The notes: generated by a model from the letters alone, not told the origin. A stretch of 64,000 bases of DNA from a candidate division WOR-3 bacterium (GCA_013177935.1 JABLXZ010000001.1:386191-450190); one strand, 5' to 3'. Positions 18,888-31,316 are shown, numbered from the stretch's first letter. A program made the numbers and translations.

Positions 18888-20221
18888 ACTTCCCGGGTAA
18901 ACAACTTTTAATTATTCTCTTAATCGTTATCGGTAATCTATCCGGGGCAGTGCTCTTTCGCGACTCACTATCCAACGGACTTATCATCCTTACTTACGAA
19001 GACCACCGTTTACCAATGGTAGACATCTCGTTTGTTTGCCGAAGCGGTGCTGTTTTTGACCCTGATGGTAAAGCGGGTACCGCCAGTCTTTGTACTGATA
19101 TGCTCTTGCGGGGTACAAAAAACTTGACCCCAGACTCAATTGCCCAAATTCTCGATTTCATCGGTGCCCGCTATGGTACCGGAACCGATTTCGACCGTTG
19201 TTTCATCAATCTCCGACTTTTGAGTAAAGACCTAACCACCGGACTCGACATTTTATCAGAGATAATTCTTGAACCAACCTTTCCGATTGATGAGTTTACG
19301 CGAACCCAGGAACAGGCGCTGAGTGGGGCGCGTCGCGCCTATGACTACCCAAGTTCGGTTGTCGGTATGGAGTTTGACCGCCTTCTCTTCGGTGAACATC
19401 GTTACTCGTTGCCTCCTCGGGGCGATACTGCCACAATCCGAAAGATTACCCGCGACGATTTGAAAAACTTCCATAAGACTCATTTTGTTCCCAACAACTG
19501 CTTTATCGTCTTCGTTGGTGCCGTTGACCACAATTACATAAAAAACGAAGTCAACCGCCGTTTCGGAAACTGGCAACCAAGACCGGTCAGTAACCCACAA
19601 CCGCCTGAACTTACCTTACCCGAAAAAATTCGGGTCAAATTGATTACCCGTAAAGAGATGAACCAGACTTACATCCAGTTTGGCCACCCCGGCATCTCAA
19701 TCTTCGATAAGGATTTAATCGCAATACGCTTGATGTCTTACATTCTGGGAGGACCGCCGCTTTCCTCAAGAATGGGTCTTGCTGTTCGGGAGTATGGCGG
19801 ACTTGCCTACGATGTCCGTTGCTGGTTTGACCGCCGTTTATTGCCCGGTGCATTTCGCGCTACTGTGCAGACCGCAAAACCAAAAGAGGCGATAGAAAAG
19901 ATGTTTGCGGAGATCCGGCAAATGCACGAAAAGGGGGCAACTAAATCCGAATTACTCAAGGCACAAAATTATTTTACGGGTAGTTTTCCCCTTTCCTACA
20001 GCTCGAATCAAGGCAAACTGGACCGGGTAACGGAGATTGAACTTTACCGCTTTGGTATCGACTGGCTGGAACAGTTTCCCGTTCGGGTACGAACAACAAC
20101 ATTAGAACAAGTAAACGAGGCGGCAAAACAACATCTGTTTCCTGACCGCTATATTATGGTAATAATGGGTAATGTCACAAAAGAAGAGCTTAACTTACCA
20201 GATGCCGAATGGATAGAATAA
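18884..20221 (+). CDS. M16-family peptidase, non-catalytic partner subunit
   Basis: M16 fold lacking the HxxEH motif, with a signal peptide. ATGA overlap with the upstream M16 gene. Confidence 0.8.
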   Translation: MNFPGKQLLIILLIVIGNLSGAVLFRDSLSNGLIILTYEDHRLPMVDISFVCRSGAVFDPDGKAGTASLCTDMLLRGTKNLTPDSIAQILDFIGARYGTGTDFDRCFINLRLLSKDLTTGLDILSEIILEPTFPIDEFTRTQEQALSGARRAYDYPSSVVGMEFDRLLFGEHRYSLPPRGDTATIRKITRDDLKNFHKTHFVPNNCFIVFVGAVDHNYIKNEVNRRFGNWQPRPVSNPQPPELTLPEKIRVKLITRKEMNQTYIQFGHPGISIFDKDLIAIRLMSYILGGPPLSSRMGLAVREYGGLAYDVRCWFDRRLLPGAFRATVQTAKPKEAIEKMFAEIRQMHEKGATKSELLKAQNYFTGSFPLSYSSNQGKLDRVTEIELYRFGIDWLEQFPVRVRTTTLEQVNEAAKQHLFPDRYIMVIMGNVTKEELNLPDAEWIE

Positions 20222-20223
20222 AG

Positions 20224-20246
20224 CAGGGGTGTTGTTCACACCCCTG
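20224..20246. terminator. Bidirectional intrinsic terminator hairpin between convergent genes
   Basis: 9-bp GC-rich stem CAGGGGTGT/ACACCCCTG with a 5-nt loop, followed by T-rich sequence. Confidence 0.55.
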
Positions 20247-20278
20247 CGCTCCAACCGAATTTGCCTTTAAGTGTTTAT

Positions 20279-21421
20279 TTAAGGGTTGAACGAAGTAACA
20301 TACCTCTGGCCCGTTTCGGTCCACTGGATAATCGCGGCGCGCTTAATTGGGTTACCCCACTCGTCAAAAGAAATCGAGCCTGAAACACAGGGATAATCTT
20401 TAATCTGACTCAGTGCCTGCCGGATTTCATCCGGTTTAGCATTAGGCGCATTTTTCAGGGCTGCAATTAGCAGAAGCGCTGCATCATACCCGAGTGTCGC
20501 CATCGCATCCGGTTTCTGGCCAAACCGCGCCTGGTATTTGTTTACCCAGTTCTGTACTTCAGGTCTGGGGTCATCGGCGGAATAGTGATTGACAAAATAA
20601 CTACCCGCCACCTCTTTACCAGCAATTTCGAGCATTGCCGGTGAATCCCAGCCATCGCCGCCTAAGAATTTCGTCTCCAGACCCAGTTGATATGCCTGTT
20701 TAACAATCAAACCGACCTTGTTGTAGTAATCCGGTAGAAAAACTACCTCGGGCTTTTGTTGTTTAATCTTGGTCAAGAGCGCTGAGAAGTCGGCATCATC
20801 TTTCTGATAGGATTCAAATGCGACCACCTTACCGCCCGCCTGTTCAAAGAAACGCTTGAAATACTCAGCCAGTCCTTTGGAATAGTCATTGCCGACATCA
20901 AACATTACCGCTGCGGTTTTCGCCTTTAAGCTCTCAGCCGCAAACCGAGCAGCAACCACACCTTGGAAAGAATCGGTAAAACAGGCACGAAAGATAAACT
21001 CCTTGTGCTTGCCGTCATCAGTAACCGTTACCTTAGGATTAGTTGATGTTGGCGTCAGCATCGGGATTCTTGCTACCTGACACTTGTCCGCCAGTGGCAA
21101 AGAACACTTGGTCGAAACCGAACCGATAATCGCCACCACTCCATCCAGTTCAATCAACTTACCACCGGCATTTGCAGCTTCGGTCGGGTCGTTCTTGTCG
21201 TCCGAGATAAACAGTTTTATCTGTTTGCCGTTAATACCACCGGCACGGTTTGCCTCTTCGACCGCCAGGGTAATACCGTTTATCGTTGATTCACCGAAGG
21301 TTTTAACATCACCGGTTAGAGGAGCAACTACCCCGATTTTGATAACATTGCCCGGACCACAGGCAAATATGCCCAGACCGAGCATCAGACAGATGGTACC
21401 TACGGTTTTTATTATCCTCAT
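20279..21421 (-). CDS. ABC transporter substrate-binding protein, branched-chain amino acid (LivJ/LivK) family, lipoprotein
   Basis: Periplasmic-binding-protein type I family (IGVVAPLTGD...GINGKQIKL). Signal peptide with lipobox GIFACGP. No cognate permease or ATPase genes nearby. Confidence 0.8.
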   Translation of the reverse strand: MRIIKTVGTICLMLGLGIFACGPGNVIKIGVVAPLTGDVKTFGESTINGITLAVEEANRAGGINGKQIKLFISDDKNDPTEAANAGGKLIELDGVVAIIGSVSTKCSLPLADKCQVARIPMLTPTSTNPKVTVTDDGKHKEFIFRACFTDSFQGVVAARFAAESLKAKTAAVMFDVGNDYSKGLAEYFKRFFEQAGGKVVAFESYQKDDADFSALLTKIKQQKPEVVFLPDYYNKVGLIVKQAYQLGLETKFLGGDGWDSPAMLEIAGKEVAGSYFVNHYSADDPRPEVQNWVNKYQARFGQKPDAMATLGYDAALLLIAALKNAPNAKPDEIRQALSQIKDYPCVSGSISFDEWGNPIKRAAIIQWTETGQRYVTSFNP

Positions 21422-21437
21422 TTATGCCTCCTATGGT

Positions 21438-23574
<2,137 letters not shown>

Positions 23575-23578
<4 letters not shown>

Positions 23579-24600
23579 TTTACCTTACTCCTTCGTGCCA
23601 GCGCCTGTTTTAATTTATCAATTCGAGGAATACCTATGGGGTCAACACCTCTTTTTTCAGCAACCGCAACGCTTATCAGATCACCCATCACCACTGATGA
23701 AAACAGGCGCGCCAACGGCGAAACACCTTCGGTTTTTACAATGTGCATACCAGCCCAACTTCCTGCAACAAGTTTTCTCATCTCCCGCAAACGCTGCAAA
23801 GTCCTTGGGTGAGAGCTTTTATCCACAAGAACAACCGTATAAATTTTGCGCTCCAGAAATTGCGGCGCGCCGAAACCCATTATCTCATTATGGCTCTGCT
23901 CAGGTAGCATACCGCTATGACAGAACACCTTGGCATTTTCATTCAACTGACACTGCCATCGATAAGCCGCAACATCAAGCAGCCGGGCGGTTGAATAAAT
24001 CACCAGCAGGCGATTTAGCAAAAGTGGCGCAATAGCAGTTGCCCGTCTTCGCCACACGCCCAGGCGTTGTTTTATCAATCGCTGCGTCTCTATGATGTCT
24101 GGTGTATAATCTCGGCACAACCTGAGCCGATAAAGTACCGTGAGCAGCGGAACACTCATATAGCCCACGGCGGTTCGCGGTGGCATTCCATCGGGAACAA
24201 GAAGCAAGGGAAAACCGTCCGTTTTTGCCATTTCAGCCATTTTGCCACCGCTGGTGATGACAAAAATCAAAGCGCCACGCCGCCGTCCTTCTTCATAAGC
24301 ACTGATTGTCTCTTCTGTATTACCAGAATAACTGCTAAGAAACAGAAGGGTCTTTTTCCCGACTGCCGCTGGCAATTGGTAATCACGCCAGACCGCAACC
24401 GGCAACAGTGCCTCTTCGTTCAGTACGGTTCGCACTATATCACCGCCCATTGCCGAACCACCCATACCGGCAATCACGACATTCTCCAGTTCCTTCTTAA
24501 AAATTATTGGACAACCACGGCCAATTGCAGCTGCCTGACCAAGTTGTTCGGGCAATCCATAGATAAGTTTTAGCATATTGTTTTCTTCCATTTTGCTCAT
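23575..24600 (-). CDS. Bifunctional phosphoglucose/phosphomannose isomerase (SIS-domain, archaeal-type PGI/PMI)
   Basis: SIS domain motifs (AGMGGSAMGGD, LLFLSSYSGNTEET), and length and architecture typical of the PGI/PMI family. Confidence 0.7.
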
Positions 24601-26405
24601 TTTTTTCGCTCTCCAATGGCAAACAGCGATTGCGCCAGTTTGGGAAAACGCCGGTGCAACTCCCGATAGAGCAAGCGCTCAACCTCAAGTGCGGTCGAAA
24701 GCTCCAGCGCCTGGGATGCCACCTCCCGGGCAATAGTTGTGTCAACCGAACGGATGATATTTTTCGCCTCTGGAATCATTCCCGGCACTACTGAAATCTC
24801 ATCAATTCCCATGCCCAGTAACAGAACGATGCCCAGCGGGTCGGCACCAAATTCACCACACATACCAACCCAGATACCCTGACGGTGTGCCGCATCAATC
24901 GTCTGTTTAATCAACTGCAGCACCGCCGGGTGCAGATGGTCAAACAACTTTGCAACAAGTTCATTACCCCGGTCAACCGCCAGGGTATACTGCGTCAGGT
25001 CATTGGAGCCGATGGATAGAAAATTACATTCCCGGGCAAACTGCTGTGCCAGCAGCGCCGCCGATGGTGTCTCAACCATCACCCCAACCTCAATTTGTTC
25101 ATTAAAACCTTTGCCCGCGCGGCGCAACTCCTTCTTCGCCTCTTCCAGTAAGAGCTTTGCCCGGCGCAACTCTTCAATAGTTGCAATCATCGGGAACATC
25201 ATCTTGACATTACCGTGACTTGATGCCCTCAAAATCGCCCGCAACTGCGTTTTAAACAACATTGGGTCATCAAGACACACTCGGATTGCCCGCCAGCCCA
25301 GAAACGGATTCGCCTCAGAATAACCGGGGATTACCTTATCACCTCCTAAATCAAAGGTGCGCACTATCACCGGATAAGGCTTAAACATTTCGGCGACATC
25401 ACGATAAACCGCATACTGCTCCTCTTCAGTGGGCGGCCGGCGCTTTGCCAGATAAATGTACTCGGTACGAAACAAACCGACGCCACGCGCACCGTTTTCC
25501 CGGGCAACTTTCGCCTCAATGAGAAATTCGATGTTTGCCGACAGGTCAATCACCTTACCATCAAGCGTTACCGCCTCTTCTTCAACCAGCGCTTTAAGTG
25601 ACGCTCGATGCGCTCGGTAACGCTCGATTTCGTTTTTGTATGTATTAAGACGGCTGGGTGTTGGGTTAACAAACACAACTCCCCGATAACCGTCGACAAA
25701 CAGATCATCCCCATCTTTAACCTCACGCAGAATACCTTCTGCTCCTACTACCGCAGGTATTTCTTTAGCCTTTGCCATAATTGCGGTATGCGATGTTTTG
25801 CCCCCGGCTTCGAGAACCACAGCCGCAACTTTTCCCGGGTCAAGTAGCGCCGTCTCCGAAGGGGGTAACTCATGGGCAACTATTATCGAACCCGGCTCGA
25901 GCGTATGAATCGATGGCAACTCATCTCCCAGCAGTACTGAAAGTACTCGCGCTGAAACATCAGCAACATCAACAAACCGCTCGCGGAAAAAGGACAGTCC
26001 AGCTCGGCTTACATTGGCGGTAAGCTGTTTTAGAGTTTGTGTATAAGCGAATTCGGCGTTTCGTAAACGCTCACGGATGAACTGCTCAGTCTTCTTAAGT
26101 ACCTCCTCATCGTTTAACACCGCCAGTTGCACATCGATAAAATCGGCAAAATCCCGCCCCATCTCTTTTTTCACCCGCTCTTTTAACTTCTGTAAATCAT
26201 CATTCGTAATTTTAATCGCATCCCTGAATCGCTCAACCTCTTTTGTTACCTCTGCCGGAAAAATGGTTCTTTCCTCAACCTCTGGCAGATAAAGTCGATA
26301 AATAAAAACCTTGCCCCGGGCGAAACCCGCCGACACCGGAATTGACCGGATAATCCTTTCCCTTGGTTTCCCGCGCAAACGCGCATCCGCCGGTTTACGA
26401 ATCAT
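24597..26405 (-). CDS. ptsI: Phosphoenolpyruvate-protein phosphotransferase (PTS enzyme I)
   Basis: PEP-utilizing enzyme motifs GGKTSHTAIMAKA and a C-terminal PEP-binding TIM barrel. Overlaps ptsH by 11 nt. Confidence 0.9.
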   Translation of the reverse strand: MIRKPADARLRGKPRERIIRSIPVSAGFARGKVFIYRLYLPEVEERTIFPAEVTKEVERFRDAIKITNDDLQKLKERVKKEMGRDFADFIDVQLAVLNDEEVLKKTEQFIRERLRNAEFAYTQTLKQLTANVSRAGLSFFRERFVDVADVSARVLSVLLGDELPSIHTLEPGSIIVAHELPPSETALLDPGKVAAVVLEAGGKTSHTAIMAKAKEIPAVVGAEGILREVKDGDDLFVDGYRGVVFVNPTPSRLNTYKNEIERYRAHRASLKALVEEEAVTLDGKVIDLSANIEFLIEAKVARENGARGVGLFRTEYIYLAKRRPPTEEEQYAVYRDVAEMFKPYPVIVRTFDLGGDKVIPGYSEANPFLGWRAIRVCLDDPMLFKTQLRAILRASSHGNVKMMFPMIATIEELRRAKLLLEEAKKELRRAGKGFNEQIEVGVMVETPSAALLAQQFARECNFLSIGSNDLTQYTLAVDRGNELVAKLFDHLHPAVLQLIKQTIDAAHRQGIWVGMCGEFGADPLGIVLLLGMGIDEISVVPGMIPEAKNIIRSVDTTIAREVASQALELSTALEVERLLYRELHRRFPKLAQSLFAIGERKK

Positions 26406-26655
26406 TCTTGGTCAACTTCTCCTTTAAAACCCGAAACGCCTCTTCCTCATCAACACCACTGACCTCGAGCGTTACAACACTTCCTTTCTCCGCGGCCAGA
26501 GTCAGAATTGCGAGAATACTCTTGCCATTAACCCAGATACCATCCTTGGCAAGCCTCACCCGCGATTGAAACTTTTCCGCAAGTCGGACAAACTCCGCTG
26601 CAGGCCGAGCATGAAGACCAACCGGACCGCCAATAATCAACTCTTCTTTAATCAT
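26395..26655 (-). CDS. ptsH: Phosphocarrier protein HPr
   Basis: MIKEELIIGGPVGLHARPAAEFV with the phosphorylatable His in the GLHARPA motif. Start chosen at the internal ATG (26655) rather than the ORF-track start. Confidence 0.85.
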   Translation of the reverse strand: MIKEELIIGGPVGLHARPAAEFVRLAEKFQSRVRLAKDGIWVNGKSILAILTLAAEKGSVVTLEVSGVDEEEAFRVLKEKLTKNDS

Positions 26656-26727
26656 CGCTCTCGGTGGTAAATATAATGTGCTACCTCTTAAGGTCAACAG
26701 TTACCATCAGCGCACTCGGGGCTTCTT

Positions 26728-27243
26728 TTACCTCCGTATCCGTCGCACCACAATGCCCGCCTCAACCAAAAAGGAGCGAGCAAAATCGTCCGGATAGTCT
26801 TCCGCGATAACAAACTCCCGGATACCCGCGTTGATCAACATCTTGGCACAGGTAATACAAGGTGCATGGGTGCAATAAAGAGTGGCTCCGGAAACACTGA
26901 TACCAAATGCTGCCGCTTGAACCAGCGTATTCTGCTCGGCATGAATTCCCCGGCAAATCTCAATCCGCTCTCCGGCTGGAATCCTTAGTTCATCACGGAG
27001 ACAACCCACTTTATCACAATGGGGCAATCCGTGCGGCGCCCCGTTGTAACCGGTACAGAGAATCCGTTTTTCCCGAACCAGAATTGCACCGACCTTTCGT
27101 CGTAAACAGGTCGACCGTTCTGATACAAGGCGGGCGATGGCGATAAAATACTCATCCCAGGTCTTACGCGGGCAGGATTGCAACCTGCTTCGGGTTGTCC
27201 TAAGATTTTCCCTGCCCTGTTTCTTCCCTTTTTCCCCTCTCAT
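26728..27243 (-). CDS. dCMP deaminase / cytidine-deoxycytidylate deaminase family protein
   Basis: Zinc motifs HAEQNTL and CTHAPCITCAKMLINAGI (H/C-A-E ... PCxxC). Confidence 0.85.
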   Translation of the reverse strand: MRGEKGKKQGRENLRTTRSRLQSCPRKTWDEYFIAIARLVSERSTCLRRKVGAILVREKRILCTGYNGAPHGLPHCDKVGCLRDELRIPAGERIEICRGIHAEQNTLVQAAAFGISVSGATLYCTHAPCITCAKMLINAGIREFVIAEDYPDDFARSFLVEAGIVVRRIRR

Positions 27244-27248
27244 ACCGC

Positions 27249-30200
27249 TCAGCGCACCAGTACCGCCTTAACCGTTTTCAACTGTCGGCTGGTTGAAAGC
27301 CGAACCCAGTAAACCCCGGCTGGAACTGTACGTCCTTGATTGTCGCGTCCATCCCACTGGACTCTGTAATTTCCCGAACGCTGTTCGCCAAATTCAAATC
27401 GGCGTACCAGCCTGCCCGAACGGTCAAACACCTCCAGACTTACTTGGTCCGCAAACGGTAAAGAGTAATGCAGGACCACTCTACTCTGAGCGGGGTTTTC
27501 CGCCACGCGCAGTGCCAGATGAACCGGCGATAACCCTGATACCCGGTTCTCTGCAATTCCAGTCTGGTAATCGGTGGAAAACTTAATTGCGTGACCTGGA
27601 ACCCAGGGCGATGCCGCCCGATGATAGGTCCCATTGTAGAGTACCTGAATAAACCGAGCCCCAGCTTGGTTCTGAGTACCGACGGTTGCTGAATTTCCTG
27701 GATAGTTCGCAGTTAGATACTGAAAGGCAAATTTACAATTACCATCCCCACCCGCAAGCGTTGTATCATAAAGAATTATCTGGAACTTCTCCCATATGGT
27801 GTTTGGACTCCAGTAACGAACCGAATCCCATTCCACAATAAATCGGTGATTGACACTGTCGTGATAGTACCACACACCATTGCCACTGGGTGGATACAGG
27901 TCGTCCCAGTTCGCAGCCAGCAACGGCGGCATCGAACTATTGGGCAAACTGGTATTCTGGTAAGAAGTTGATGTTGTATATCCGGGCGCCAGCCAGCCGT
28001 TAGAACAAACTGAAATCTGAGTGTAGGGCTGTCCATAGAAGACAAAGGGACCAAATGAAGGGGGTAGATTTATCTGAACGATTTGGTCGTCGCTTAAAGT
28101 TAGCCTTGTACCGAGGTTTCTAATCTCCACCCAGTTGAACTCAGGATGTTCCGCATAAAGCGTATCAATTTCATCGTAAGCCCAATAAATTACCGGGTTG
28201 GCATTATCGGGAATCGGGTCAACGACTCGCAACTCACCAACCGTAACGATAAAACTGATACTATCAGAATAGCCGTTGCCTGATAGATAAAGTCTCATCT
28301 CCGCCTGGTGCTCCCGTGGTGTCTCGGGTGCGGCAACAACCTCAAATCGGTCAGCGCTGTTTGTGCGCACCGAATCGGGCAGAATCTCGCCAAAAAACCC
28401 GATTGAATCAACGACCGATACAAACGGGCTGGAAGTTCGAAGCGTACCGGTAACATTAGTTGCGGCCAGCCGACCAGCATTACGCAATGCCACGGTCAAT
28501 GCCGCGCTCTCACCCGCGTCAAGTTTCCCATCCCCATTACCTCCAGGTGGTGAATCGATTACCGTTTTATTCTGGAAAACCAACGCTGGTGCATTAACAA
28601 CCACCCCTTCAATCGCATCAAGGTCGTAATTCTGCCCTGCATCGTTCAGTCGAACGAACTTTGCGATATTAATACCGGCGCTGGCGAGGTCGCAGGCGAT
28701 GTTTCCAGAGCCATAAGCACAGAACGACCAGGGTCCATTCCACTCACTCGACACAAACACCGAACAGGGCTTGTTGGTAGTAGAATAGACCGTAAAATCG
28801 GTACCAGGTCCGTTTATTATCTCTTCGGAAAGTTCAATAACCGCCATACCACGCGTGGTTAAACTCAGCGTGCTGTTATCCCTTCTGCCCAGAGCCGCAA
28901 GCCCCATTGTTGAACCCGCACCGGTCGAACTCTTGCAAATCCAGGTGGTAACCTTGTAACCGGTAATTGGCGTGGTCGAATCGGGATTCAATGCCACATT
29001 GACCACAACAAAGGTGTCGTTAGGAACAACGATGCCGCTGACCGTCTTGGTCTGATAACCATCCGCCATCACCTTTAAAGTATATGTTCCGGGTAAAACA
29101 TATTTAAAAAACCAGCCCGTGGTGTCAGTGTACACCATCCAGTTGGTCGGTACCGGAACAACAATCGCCCGTTTTACGGGCAAACCGGTAACGGAATCGG
29201 TTATCTGGCCGCGAATCCCCCACGCCCCACGAATCATCAGCTGAACGCTTGCGGTCCAGTTCGCCCGACAGATTGTGTCAATTTCACCCTGAGGTGGTGG
29301 TTGACTGTTTGACACTTCGGCTGCCAGACCTAATGCACCTTCTGCTCCATAGGTAAAATCCGAAGAGGTACCGGTACACTCATAAAGCCCCCGGGAAATC
29401 TGAAATGCCGGATAACCGGTGATGCTACTGTACAACTGACACAACTGTTGATGGGCAACGCTATCCCGGGTAGCGATTTGAGAGTAACTCCAGGGCCACA
29501 TTACCGACCTGGTACCGCTGTGATAGGTCATCGTTATCACAAACGGCTGACGCTGCAGAAAATTTCTAAACCCCTGAATCTCGGGTTGACTCCAGGGAAC
29601 ATTCGCACCGGACTCCTGATTCCAGGCATAGCCAAAATCGCGGTTCAGGTCAATCCCGTTGGAGTTGGTTCGGGTGCGGTTGATCAAACCTTCAGGATTC
29701 ATACAGGGAACCACCCAGATTTCCCTGGTGTTGACCAGATGGGTAATTAGCGGGTCTGAACCATAACCCTCGGTCAGGCGTCGGGTAATATACCAGCAGA
29801 TTTCAGTCCCGATGTTCTCGTTACCATGTATTGTGCCATCCCATTCCAGTCTGGGCCGATGATTCTCAACCATCGGATTCTGGGTAATTTTCATGGCAAT
29901 TAAAAACTTACCGGTTGGTGAAACCGCAATCGTCTCCAGTTTGCAGATATTCGGATAGGTAGTAGCAATCAGGGCAAATGTGTCCATTATCTCCTGATAG
30001 GAGTGGTACCGGCCAAAATCTTCGCCCGGACACTGCAACCTCGCCCACTCCTGCATATCCTCAACCAGTACCTCCACCCGGAACCCTCTATTCACAAGCT
30101 TTTTATAAGTCTCGGCGGTCACCGCACCAACAAAGTAATCGTCTTTTACCTCATAAAATTCGAGGACCTCTTTTGCTACCGTACTCAATTCCTGGTGCGG

Positions 30201-30296
30201 GCAGAAGACCTTGACCTTCATCTCTCTGGACGGTTCTGCAGCGGTAATTACCCCTGCGCACAGAACCATAATGCAGACTGCAATCAGCCTTCTCAT
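27249..30296 (-). CDS. Large secreted M14-family carboxypeptidase (1015 aa) with extra beta-domains and T9SS C-terminal sorting domain
   Basis: Signal peptide and an M14 catalytic domain (HGNENIG HxxE motif). The C-terminus VSLEVFDRSGRLVRRF...GVYWVRLST...KAVLVR is a canonical T9SS C-terminal domain. Confidence 0.85.
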   Translation of the reverse strand: MRRLIAVCIMVLCAGVITAAEPSREMKVKVFCPHQELSTVAKEVLEFYEVKDDYFVGAVTAETYKKLVNRGFRVEVLVEDMQEWARLQCPGEDFGRYHSYQEIMDTFALIATTYPNICKLETIAVSPTGKFLIAMKITQNPMVENHRPRLEWDGTIHGNENIGTEICWYITRRLTEGYGSDPLITHLVNTREIWVVPCMNPEGLINRTRTNSNGIDLNRDFGYAWNQESGANVPWSQPEIQGFRNFLQRQPFVITMTYHSGTRSVMWPWSYSQIATRDSVAHQQLCQLYSSITGYPAFQISRGLYECTGTSSDFTYGAEGALGLAAEVSNSQPPPQGEIDTICRANWTASVQLMIRGAWGIRGQITDSVTGLPVKRAIVVPVPTNWMVYTDTTGWFFKYVLPGTYTLKVMADGYQTKTVSGIVVPNDTFVVVNVALNPDSTTPITGYKVTTWICKSSTGAGSTMGLAALGRRDNSTLSLTTRGMAVIELSEEIINGPGTDFTVYSTTNKPCSVFVSSEWNGPWSFCAYGSGNIACDLASAGINIAKFVRLNDAGQNYDLDAIEGVVVNAPALVFQNKTVIDSPPGGNGDGKLDAGESAALTVALRNAGRLAATNVTGTLRTSSPFVSVVDSIGFFGEILPDSVRTNSADRFEVVAAPETPREHQAEMRLYLSGNGYSDSISFIVTVGELRVVDPIPDNANPVIYWAYDEIDTLYAEHPEFNWVEIRNLGTRLTLSDDQIVQINLPPSFGPFVFYGQPYTQISVCSNGWLAPGYTTSTSYQNTSLPNSSMPPLLAANWDDLYPPSGNGVWYYHDSVNHRFIVEWDSVRYWSPNTIWEKFQIILYDTTLAGGDGNCKFAFQYLTANYPGNSATVGTQNQAGARFIQVLYNGTYHRAASPWVPGHAIKFSTDYQTGIAENRVSGLSPVHLALRVAENPAQSRVVLHYSLPFADQVSLEVFDRSGRLVRRFEFGEQRSGNYRVQWDGRDNQGRTVPAGVYWVRLSTSRQLKTVKAVLVR

Positions 30297-30318
30297 ATTA
30301 AAAAACCTCCATTCTTAT

Positions 30319-31014
30319 TCATCGAGCGCCGCCCTGCATATCGAACCGGCTCTCAACCACCAAAACCGTTTCCGGCAAAGACCAGTCCGAAACATATCCG
30401 GCACGGTCTTTTGCCCGACAGCGCACCTCATAAATCCCGGGCAAAAGATAACTGTGTCGCTGCCAAACTGATGTGCCCGGAGGCACAAAACTACTCCATT
30501 CACCAATCGTATCGCCCCAGTGAAACTGCAGGGCAACCGACTGCTCAAGTGGATGCAACGCGAGCGAAACAAACTTAACCGTATCACCCACAATAACGGT
30601 ATCAGGACCAGAAGGAGGCCTTGGTACCTGCGGTGTCCAGTACCGAACATCAACCGCAAAGGTGTCGGACCAGCCCGACTCCTGTCTGGTGTCGCGTGCC
30701 TTTACCCTGAGAAAAAATAGCCCGGTGTCTTGAAACACCACCGGACGGTAATATTCTATTCCTTCAGAAATCCAGTCGCTCCAGCCCGATTCAACCCCTT
30801 CGCTCCACTCAAAAAAGTAGGAAACCGAATCTCCCTCTTTATCTACTGACAACGCTGAAACCATCACCGTGTCGTTTGGTCTTGCCCGCTGCGGTCCTAA
30901 AACTATCGGGGTTGAAGGGGGTAGATTTTCGCAGCCAATAAAAAATAGAAAAGTTATCCCGATTATCGCAGCATTTGCGTATGCCCGAGGTCTCAAACGT
31001 CGAAAAGAAGACAA
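30319..31014 (-). CDS. Hypothetical lipoprotein with three tandem approx 45-aa repeats (SGWSDW motif)
   Basis: The ORF runs to 31149 in the track, but the only signal peptide (RRLRPRAYANAAIIGITFLFFIGC) follows a TTG at 31014 with an AAAGGA RBS. Extending to 31149 would invade the tRNA-Leu promoter. Repeats: ESGWSDWISEG, ESGWSDTFAV, GYVSDWSLPE. Confidence 0.45.
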   Translation of the reverse strand: MSSFRRLRPRAYANAAIIGITFLFFIGCENLPPSTPIVLGPQRARPNDTVMVSALSVDKEGDSVSYFFEWSEGVESGWSDWISEGIEYYRPVVFQDTGLFFLRVKARDTRQESGWSDTFAVDVRYWTPQVPRPPSGPDTVIVGDTVKFVSLALHPLEQSVALQFHWGDTIGEWSSFVPPGTSVWQRHSYLLPGIYEVRCRAKDRAGYVSDWSLPETVLVVESRFDMQGGAR

Positions 31015-31134
31015 AAATCCTTTTATTTGTAACTCCTTAATTTGTAAAAATGGTAAAATAAACTGGAGGCAAGTCAACGATTGAATAAATAAACAGTACA
31101 TCTTAAATTTTACCCTGTAATCTGTTACCATTCC

Positions 31135-31162
31135 TTGACTTCGGTTCACACCTTTTTAAAAT
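31135..31162 (+). promoter_or_regulatory. Putative sigma70 promoter for tRNA-Leu and the tig-clpP-clpX operon (TTGACT-16 nt-TAAAAT)
   Basis: TTGACT at 31135-31140, a 16-nt spacer, and TAAAAT at 31157-31162, about 38 nt upstream of the tRNA 5' end. Confidence 0.35.
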
Positions 31163-31200
31163 AGAATCGGTCCGCAAGACGGCAGGAAATTTACGCCGAT

Positions 31201-31286
31201 GCGAGGATGGCGGAACTGGCAGACGCGCCAGACTTAGGATCTGGTCCCGAAAAGGGATGGGGGTTCAACTCCCCCTCCTCGCACCA
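31201..31286 (+). tRNA. tRNA-Leu (anticodon TAG), CCA encoded
   Basis: GCGAGGATGGCGGAACTGGCAGACGCGCCAGACTTAGGATCTGGTCCCGAAAAGGGATGGGGGTTCAACTCCCCCTCCTCGCACCA. Long variable arm, 7-bp acceptor stem, anticodon loop ACTTAGGAT. Confidence 0.9.
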
Positions 31287-31316
31287 GTTAAAGGATAAGC
31301 AACAAAGGAGTACAGT

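Noticed and set aside
27293-30578. Several antisense ORFs (27293-27586, 28363-28629, 29448-29750, 30003-30578) inside or overlapping the 1015-aa M14 peptidase gene
   Set aside because: They lie entirely within a long, well-supported CDS on the opposite strand. Translations are Pro/Arg-rich, typical of antisense frames of GC-balanced genes.
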